Shown piece after piece: positions 57,862 through 64,000 of a stretch of DNA of 64,000 nucleotides (the first letter of the stretch is position 1; each line of letters begins with the position of its first letter). Position numbers and translations under genes: made by a program. A model generated the notes under the pieces. The model saw only the letters and a program-made list of their open reading frames with translations, was not told where the DNA came from and searched no databases. The DNA comes from a virus: the IMG/VR virus record IMGVR_UViG_3300023179_000020; one strand, written 5' to 3'.

Positions 57862-59484
57862 ATGAGTAAAATTATAGAATTCGGACCCGAAGCAAGAAAA
57901 AAATTAGTAAATGGTATTGATAAATTAGCAAATGCCGTTACAGCAACATTAGGCCCTAATGGTCGAAATGTTGTAATTTCAAAAAACAATGATTATCCTC
58001 AATCTACAAAAGATGGAGTAACAGTAGCAAAAAACATTTCACTTGAAGACCCAATTGAAGAATTAGGAGCACAACTTGTAAAACAAGCAGCTATTAAAAC
58101 AGCTGATGGAGCAGGTGATGGTACAACTACTTCTACATTGTTGGCTCAAGAAATGGTTAAAAACGGTTTAACACATTTAAATAATGGTGTTAATGCTGTA
58201 AAAATTAAACGTGAAATTGATTTTGCTGTTAAAGAAGTTGTTAAAGAATTACGTAAAGAAATTTCTCAAGACATTAGTTCTGAAGGACAACTCAAACAAG
58301 TAGCCACCATTTCTGCTAACAATGACCCTGAAATTGGAGAATTAATTGCTACAGCAATGCAAAAAGTAGGACGTGAAGGTGTAGTCCACATTGAAGAATC
58401 AAAATCAGGTGAAACATACCTTGAAACAGTAGAGGGTATGCAATTTGACAGAGGATACAAATCACATTACTTTGTTACTGATAACAATACAATGACTTGT
58501 ACTCTTGAAAACCCACTAATTTTAATTGCTGATAAGCGTTTTACTACAATTAAAGAATTACTCCCAGTATTAGAAGCAGTGTCTAATCAAAGTAAACCAC
58601 TTCTTATTATAGGAGAAGATGTAGATGGTGAGGCATTAGCAACGCTTATTGTAAACAAAATGCGGGGTACTATTAAAGTGTGTGCTGTAAAAGCACCTGA
58701 CTTTGGAGACCGCAGAAAACTGCTTTTAGAAGACATTGCGACTTTGACAGGAGGTGAGGTATTTAGTACTGACAAGGGCATGAAGCTCGATAAATTTGAT
58801 TGGAAATGGTTCGGCTCAGCTCGTTTAATAACAGTTACTAAAGAACAAACAACAATAGTTGATGGAAAAGGAGAATCTGAGAGAATACAAACACGTATTG
58901 AAGAACTTCAACAACAAATCGAAAAAGCAAAGACCCCTTTCGAACAAGAAAAACTACAAGAAAGACTTGCGAAGTTCGTCGGAGGAGTAGCAATTATTCA
59001 CGTTGGTGGTAATACTGAAACCGAGGTTAAAGAAAAGAAAGACCGCGTGGATGACGCTTTGCAAGCAACTAAAGCCGCAATTGAAGAAGGAATTGTACCA
59101 GGTGGTGGATCTGCTTTGCTTTATGCACGTGAAGCAATTACAAACCAAAATACTATTGGTGGAAAAATTGTTTGGAAAGCATGTGCTGCTCCATTTATAA
59201 AAATTCTTACTAATGCTGGTTATGAAGAAATAGAGGCATATCAAGTTATTAACAACTTGTTTAATGTTCGTGACAACTGGAGAGGATACAATCTTGAAAT
59301 ACAAAAGTTTGTTGACATGAAAGATGCTGGTATTATTGATCCTTCTAAAGTAACAAGATGTGCTATTGAAAATGCAGCATCAGTAGCTGGAACCATTTTA
59401 TTAACAGAATGCACTGTTGTAGACAAGCCTGAAGAAAATACAAAACAGGATGATATGATAGGCGGAATGGGAGGAATGTATTAA
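57862..59484 (+). CDS. groEL: Chaperonin GroEL
   Basis: [57 protein letters not shown] tail. Confidence 0.97.
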   Translation: MSKIIEFGPEARKKLVNGIDKLANAVTATLGPNGRNVVISKNNDYPQSTKDGVTVAKNISLEDPIEELGAQLVKQAAIKTADGAGDGTTTSTLLAQEMVKNGLTHLNNGVNAVKIKREIDFAVKEVVKELRKEISQDISSEGQLKQVATISANNDPEIGELIATAMQKVGREGVVHIEESKSGETYLETVEGMQFDRGYKSHYFVTDNNTMTCTLENPLILIADKRFTTIKELLPVLEAVSNQSKPLLIIGEDVDGEALATLIVNKMRGTIKVCAVKAPDFGDRRKLLLEDIATLTGGEVFSTDKGMKLDKFDWKWFGSARLITVTKEQTTIVDGKGESERIQTRIEELQQQIEKAKTPFEQEKLQERLAKFVGGVAIIHVGGNTETEVKEKKDRVDDALQATKAAIEEGIVPGGGSALLYAREAITNQNTIGGKIVWKACAAPFIKILTNAGYEEIEAYQVINNLFNVRDNWRGYNLEIQKFVDMKDAGIIDPSKVTRCAIENAASVAGTILLTECTVVDKPEENTKQDDMIGGMGGMY

Positions 59485-59738
59485 TGTCTACTGAAACCAA
59501 ATTAATTGAAGAACTAATCGCTCAACGTGTAAAGCCTGGTGACAGGTGGTCACTGTTGGACGAGGATGTTGTATACAATTCATTGACTGATACTTTAGAG
59601 GCTTATTATCAAAAAGCACAAAAAGTTTGTGACTTTAAATTGTCTCCTAGAAAAGGTGAACTGTATTCATTGATAGAAAAAACAATTGAAATACAAGCCC
59701 CACCACCAAAAAAGTTTAACATGTACGGAGACTATTAG
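59484..59738 (+). CDS. Hypothetical protein
   Basis: ORF with TAATG overlap. Confidence 0.6.
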   Translation: MSTETKLIEELIAQRVKPGDRWSLLDEDVVYNSLTDTLEAYYQKAQKVCDFKLSPRKGELYSLIEKTIEIQAPPPKKFNMYGDY

Positions 59739-59740
59739 TT

Positions 59741-59787
59741 AAATTAGGCTTGGGAAACCAGGCCTTTTTTATTATATTATGGTTATG
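59741..59787 (+). promoter_or_regulatory. Composite terminator hairpin and CTTG-N20-TATATT promoter, copy 2
   Basis: aggcttgg-gaaa-ccaggcct plus T-run. Confidence 0.75.
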
Positions 59788-60705
59788 AAAGAACACAGTT
59801 TATACGTAGAAAAATACAGAAGTAAAACATTAAGTGAATACATTGGTAATGATCAACTAAAACAAATCATCCACCAATATATTAAAAACAATGACATTCA
59901 AAACTTATTATTCTACGGACCACCAGGTACAGGTAAAACCACATTAGCAAAATTAATTGTTAATAACATTAACTGTGATTACCTTTACATTAATGCTTCA
60001 GATGAGCGCGGTATTGATACAATTCGAGACAAAGTGCAAGGATTTGCTTCCTCAGCAACATTTAAATCTATTAAAATTATCATATTAGACGAGGCTGATT
60101 TTTTAACAATTCAAGCCCAAGCATCACTTCGAAACATTATTGAAACATATTCTCGTACTACACGTTTTATTTTAACATGTAATTACCTTGAACGTATAAT
60201 TGATCCACTTCAGTCTCGATGCCAAGTACTAAAAATTGTTCCCCCGTCTAAAAAAGAATTAGCACAACATGTTTCTACTATTCTAGACCAAGAAGATACT
60301 TATTATGAAGTGTCTGATTTGGCTCTTGTAGTTAATAAATTTTACCCAGACATTAGAAAAATAATTAACACTTGTCAAATAAATACTGTTGAAGGTAAAT
60401 TAAATGTTGACAATTCAATTTTAACATCTAGTGGTTACAAAGATGCTATTCTAAAAGAACTTAAAACACCATCTAAAAACAGTTTTAAAAACATTAGACA
60501 AATACTTGCTGATAGTAATTTGGATGATTTTGAAGAAGTTTATAGATTCTTATTTGATAATTTAGACGAGTATGGCAAAAATGATTTGTCTAAAGCAATG
60601 ATCATCATTGAAATAGAAAATTATATGTACCATGCCAATTTTAGAATTGATAAAGAAATCAATGTAATGGCTTTAATATGTGCAATCTTAAAAATAATAC
60701 AATAA
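59785..60705 (+). CDS. Clamp loader large subunit (gp44/RFC-like AAA+)
   Basis: VEKYR, GPPGTGKTT, NASDERGID, LDEAD, SRC. Confidence 0.92.
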   Translation: MKEHSLYVEKYRSKTLSEYIGNDQLKQIIHQYIKNNDIQNLLFYGPPGTGKTTLAKLIVNNINCDYLYINASDERGIDTIRDKVQGFASSATFKSIKIIILDEADFLTIQAQASLRNIIETYSRTTRFILTCNYLERIIDPLQSRCQVLKIVPPSKKELAQHVSTILDQEDTYYEVSDLALVVNKFYPDIRKIINTCQINTVEGKLNVDNSILTSSGYKDAILKELKTPSKNSFKNIRQILADSNLDDFEEVYRFLFDNLDEYGKNDLSKAMIIIEIENYMYHANFRIDKEINVMALICAILKIIQ

Positions 60706-60706
60706 A

Positions 60707-60946
60707 ATGAATAAAGAAAAACCACTCAACATCAACGTTGACATTAAATCATCAACACCATTAACATCAGCTGATGGTAATCACATTTTTGCAGAAGGAG
60801 TAATCATCAGAAAAATTTCTAAATTCGTAGCGGGAACAGCTGAAGATGCAATTATTCCTATTCCTTGTTTTTATGACGTTAAAACCGGTAAAGTATTAAC
60901 TGAATTGCTTCCTAAAGACATTAGGGACGAGTATGCAAATCTTTGA
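60707..60946 (+). CDS. Hypothetical protein
   Basis: ORF. Confidence 0.6.
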   Translation: MNKEKPLNINVDIKSSTPLTSADGNHIFAEGVIIRKISKFVAGTAEDAIIPIPCFYDVKTGKVLTELLPKDIRDEYANL

Positions 60947-61343
60947 TTTTTTAAAACAGATTACTTACGAAAAACAATCTTGGGACTCATTTACTGAGGA
61001 AGACAAAGCATCATTTACTCCATACCTGGTGCATCGTTTCCTCAGTATGAATCCTGATTACATTGAATTTGTAAATCTGGTTCAAACAATTCCTCATACT
61101 GAAAAGGAAAAAATATATAAACTATATTTATATATGATACCTAAAAATAATATGTTTCTAAAATACATCAAATCATCAAAACCAAAAACTCATGAAGTGC
61201 TGTTAAAACATTTAGCAGACCACTATGAATGTTCACTGCGTGAAGCACAAGAATATTATCATGCTCACCACACAGACACTATTAAGAACATTTTGAAAAA
61301 AAGAGGTATTGATGATAAAGAAATAAAAAAGTTATTAAAATGA
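60933..61343 (+). CDS. Clamp loader small subunit (gp62-like)
   Basis: FDFLKQI..PYLVHRFLSM..YECSLREAQEY. Confidence 0.7.
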   Translation: MQIFDFLKQITYEKQSWDSFTEEDKASFTPYLVHRFLSMNPDYIEFVNLVQTIPHTEKEKIYKLYLYMIPKNNMFLKYIKSSKPKTHEVLLKHLADHYECSLREAQEYYHAHHTDTIKNILKKRGIDDKEIKKLLK

Positions 61344-61597
61344 CAGACAAAATTACAGAAGCAGTTATAGATGATTTAAAGTCTAGAAGTGAACGTGGTA
61401 TAAAAAAGTATAATACCACTTTAGACCAAAATAATAAGGATGATTTTATGAATCATTTGTATGAAGAGTTGTTAGATGCTGCTCAATACGTTAAAAAAGA
61501 AATGTCAATTGTTCCTGAAATTCAAACTCTTATAAAACAGTATCCTAATGATGTAGAATTAGGACGTGCTATAAGAAAAAAATATAGTCCGTTTTGA
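61340..61597 (+). CDS. Small helical protein, possible NTP-pyrophosphatase-like
   Basis: RSERGIKKYNTTL..HLYEELLDAAQY. Confidence 0.45.
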   Translation: MTDKITEAVIDDLKSRSERGIKKYNTTLDQNNKDDFMNHLYEELLDAAQYVKKEMSIVPEIQTLIKQYPNDVELGRAIRKKYSPF

Positions 61598-62523
61598 AAG
61601 TTCCTTCCATTGTAAAAACAATTCAATCTAAACCACTTCTAGAGATAAACTATGCATACCATAAAACAATCTCTTATAGCCAGTTTGCAACTTATTATGA
61701 ATGTCCTCATAAATGGGAGTTGCAATACAAAGATAACCTTCAACAGTATGAACCTACTATCCATACTGTCTTCGGAACCGCTATGCATAGTGCCATTCAG
61801 CATTATCTCACTTTAGTATACCAAGAAAGTGGAGCATCAGCTGACAAATTTGACATAAAAACGTTTTTTGAAGACGAATTTAGAAAAACATATTTAAAAG
61901 AATACGAAACAAATAAAAATACCCACTTTAGCAGTGCTGTTGAAATGAGGGAATTTTTTGATGATGGAATTGCTATTTTAAATTTTTTTAAGAAAAAGCG
62001 TAATGGTTATTTTAGTAAAAGAGGATGGCATTTAGTTGCTTGTGAATTGCCTATAGTATTATCACCAAACAAAGCGTTTAACAACGTTATATACAAAGGC
62101 TATATTGACTTGGTAATGTATCATGAACCTACAAATAAATTTAAAATTTACGATTTTAAAACATCAACTCGAGGATGGAATGATGATGCTAAAAGAGATG
62201 AAAAAAAACAATTCCAATTATTGTTTTATAAAAAATATTTTAGTGAACTTCATAATGTTCCTGAAGATGATGTAGAAGTAGAATTTATTATACTTAAAAG
62301 AAAAATATGGGAAGAAAGTGAATACCCTCAAAGCCGTATTCAAGAATACATTCCTCCTAGTGGTAAAATTAAAATGAATAAAGCAAAAAATGCTCTAGAA
62401 AACTTTTTAAATGAATGTTTTAACGTAGATGGATCATACAAAGACACATCACACCCCGTGAATCCAAGTAAAAGTTGTCAGTGGTGTCCATTCAACGAAA
62501 GAAAAGATCTTTGCAACAAATAA
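61594..62523 (+). CDS. Cas4/RecB-like PD-(D/E)xK exonuclease with Fe-S cysteines
   Basis: SYSQ..ECP, FGTAMH, GYIDL, DFKT, QLLFY, CQWCPF..C. Confidence 0.85.
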   Translation: MKVPSIVKTIQSKPLLEINYAYHKTISYSQFATYYECPHKWELQYKDNLQQYEPTIHTVFGTAMHSAIQHYLTLVYQESGASADKFDIKTFFEDEFRKTYLKEYETNKNTHFSSAVEMREFFDDGIAILNFFKKKRNGYFSKRGWHLVACELPIVLSPNKAFNNVIYKGYIDLVMYHEPTNKFKIYDFKTSTRGWNDDAKRDEKKQFQLLFYKKYFSELHNVPEDDVEVEFIILKRKIWEESEYPQSRIQEYIPPSGKIKMNKAKNALENFLNECFNVDGSYKDTSHPVNPSKSCQWCPFNERKDLCNK

Positions 62524-62535
62524 AATTTTCGTATA

Positions 62536-62543
62536 TATTTATA
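62536..62543 (+). promoter_or_regulatory. Putative late promoter TATTTATA
   Basis: Upstream of 62557 and the glycosyltransferase gene. Confidence 0.55.
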
Positions 62544-62556
62544 TACAAATCAAGTT

Positions 62557-62742
62557 ATGGATAAAAAGGATATGACACTAACAAGTGTTAAAATTCAAAG
62601 CAATTTATTTGAAGACTTCAAGTTAGAATGCGTTAAACGCAAATTCTCTTTACAAAAACTTGTTGACCGCACAATTCATTTATACCTTACATCAGACGAA
62701 TTTAGAAAATCAATTCACAATCACAATAATTTAGACTTATAA
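62557..62742 (+). CDS. Small ribbon-helix-helix-like protein
   Basis: LTSVKI strand followed by two helices. Confidence 0.55.
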   Translation: MDKKDMTLTSVKIQSNLFEDFKLECVKRKFSLQKLVDRTIHLYLTSDEFRKSIHNHNNLDL

Positions 62743-62749
62743 AAAATTT

Positions 62750-64000
62750 ATGAATTCAAGTTTTGCCTATTTACCCCCAAACGAGCGTAAAAAAATCTTA
62801 CTTATCTGCGATGACATTAGAGTACATTCAGGTATAGCTACAGTTACTAGAGAATTAGTTTTAAACACAGCCCAACATTTTAATTGGGTAAATGTTGGTG
62901 GAGCAATTAACCACCCAGAACAAGGAAAACGATTAGACTTGTCTCAAGACACTAATACTAATACTGGTTTAACTGACTCTTCAGTTGTTTTGTATCCTAC
63001 TAATGGATACGGAGATGCTAGACTAATCAGACAATTGATTAAAATTGAAAAACCAGATGCTATCTTTTTAGTTACAGACCCAAGATATTTTATTTGGTTA
63101 TTCCAAATTGAGAATGAAATTAGAAAAAACATTCCAATCATTTATCTTAACATTTGGGATGATTATCCTGCTCCAATGTATAACAAACCATATTATGAGT
63201 CTTGTGATGCATTGTTAGCAATTTCTAAACAAACACTAAACATTAATAGATTAGTGTTAGGCGATAAAGCAAAAAATAAAATACTACAATATGTTCCTCA
63301 TGGTTTGAATCATGATATTTTTAAACCCATAGATGCCAAATCACCCGAATTAATAGAATTTAAAAAACAACTATTTGGAGGAAAAGAAATTGATTTTGCT
63401 TTATTCTTTAACTCCAGAAACATTCGTAGAAAACAAATTCCAGATGCTTTACTAGCATATAAAATATTTGCTGACTCCTTAACTGAAGAACAAGCAAAAC
63501 GTTGTGCTTTTGTACTTCATACTCAAGTAGTAGATGAACATGGTACAGATTTAGAAGCAGTAAGAGAATTATTGTTTGGTGAAGATGAAAAATACAACAT
63601 TATTTTCTCACCACATATGCTTCCACCTGATAAAATGAGTCTACTTTATAACAGTACTGACTGTCAAATTTTATTAACCAATAACGAAGGATGGGGACTA
63701 AGTTTAACTGAAGCAATTTTGTGTGGTAATCCAATCATTGCAAACGTTACTGGCGGAATGCAAGACCAAATGCGTTTTAGTATAAAAGGCAAATGGATTG
63801 ACTTTGATGATAAATTCCCTTCAAACCATACTGGTAAAATTAAAGAACATGGTGAATGGGCATTTCCAGTTTACCCAACAAACCGCTCAATTCAAGGCTC
63901 ACCACTTACACCTTACATTTGGGATGACAGGTGCAATGCTGAAGATGCAGCAGAACAAATTATGAATGTTTACAAATTAAGTAAAGAAGAAAGAAAAGCA
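62750..64000 (+). CDS. GT-B (family 4-like) glycosyltransferase, partial (runs off the window)
   Basis: KKILLICDD..SGIATV, PDAIF..DP, VPHG, SRNIRRKQIPD, NEGWGLSLTEA..G.PIIA..TGGMQDQ. Confidence 0.85.
   Translation, partial: MNSSFAYLPPNERKKILLICDDIRVHSGIATVTRELVLNTAQHFNWVNVGGAINHPEQGKRLDLSQDTNTNTGLTDSSVVLYPTNGYGDARLIRQLIKIEKPDAIFLVTDPRYFIWLFQIENEIRKNIPIIYLNIWDDYPAPMYNKPYYESCDALLAISKQTLNINRLVLGDKAKNKILQYVPHGLNHDIFKPIDAKSPELIEFKKQLFGGKEIDFALFFNSRNIRRKQIPDALLAYKIFADSLTEEQAKRCAFVLHTQVVDEHGTDLEAVRELLFGEDEKYNIIFSPHMLPPDKMSLLYNSTDCQILLTNNEGWGLSLTEAILCGNPIIANVTGGMQDQMRFSIKGKWIDFDDKFPSNHTGKIKEHGEWAFPVYPTNRSIQGSPLTPYIWDDRCNAEDAAEQIMNVYKLSKEERKA

Noticed and set aside
2044-63141. Minus-strand and short out-of-frame ORFs in the track (e.g. 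2044-2406, 12123-12347, 26495-26923, 58954-59304)
   Set aside because: All lie within well-supported + strand genes and look like shadow frames with no motifs or promoters.
1-64000. Alternative genetic code (stop-codon reassignment)
   Set aside because: Conserved genes are full length in code 11, and TAA, TAG and TGA all occur at plausible gene ends.
1-64000. tRNA or rRNA genes
   Set aside because: Intergenic gaps are short and AT-rich; no cloverleaf or T-loop signature was recognised by eye (tRNAscan not run).

Overview
A 64-kb, strongly AT-rich segment of a large lytic myovirus with T4-like (Tevenvirinae-type) gene families. Essentially all genes are on the + strand and the standard genetic code is used. 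The host is most likely a member of Bacteroidota (Flavobacterium-like): nine YTTG-N19/20-TATATT promoters, and A-rich translation starts without Shine-Dalgarno sequences. The left half (1-34.5 kb) is the late morphogenesis region. It holds neck and tail-terminator genes, a ~12-kb block of modular fibre/adhesin genes (two SHAEG-repeat beta-roll fibres and a duplicated four-gene cassette with Gly-rich adhesins), sheath, tube, two free-standing homing endonucleases, a long repeat protein, a probable frameshifted tail chaperone pair, tape measure, and baseplate genes including a hub with a C-terminal M15 peptidase. The right half (34.5-64 kb) is the replication and nucleotide-metabolism region: a short family A polymerase, SSB, UvsX, RNase H/flap nuclease, helicase, NrdB/NrdA, PolB, clamp and clamp loader, GroES/GroEL, a Cas4-like nuclease and a partial glycosyltransferase. 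The most notable feature is a 7-deazaguanine cluster. It encodes a TGT/DpdA-like protein, a QueC lacking its Zn cysteines, QueD, a QueE with a Cx3Cx35C motif and FolE, interleaved with a purine phosphoribosyltransferase and a MazG-like pyrophosphatase directly upstream of PolB. This arrangement suggests a nucleotide-pool (pre-replicative) route for replacing G. All product calls come from motif recognition by eye; no database searches were run.
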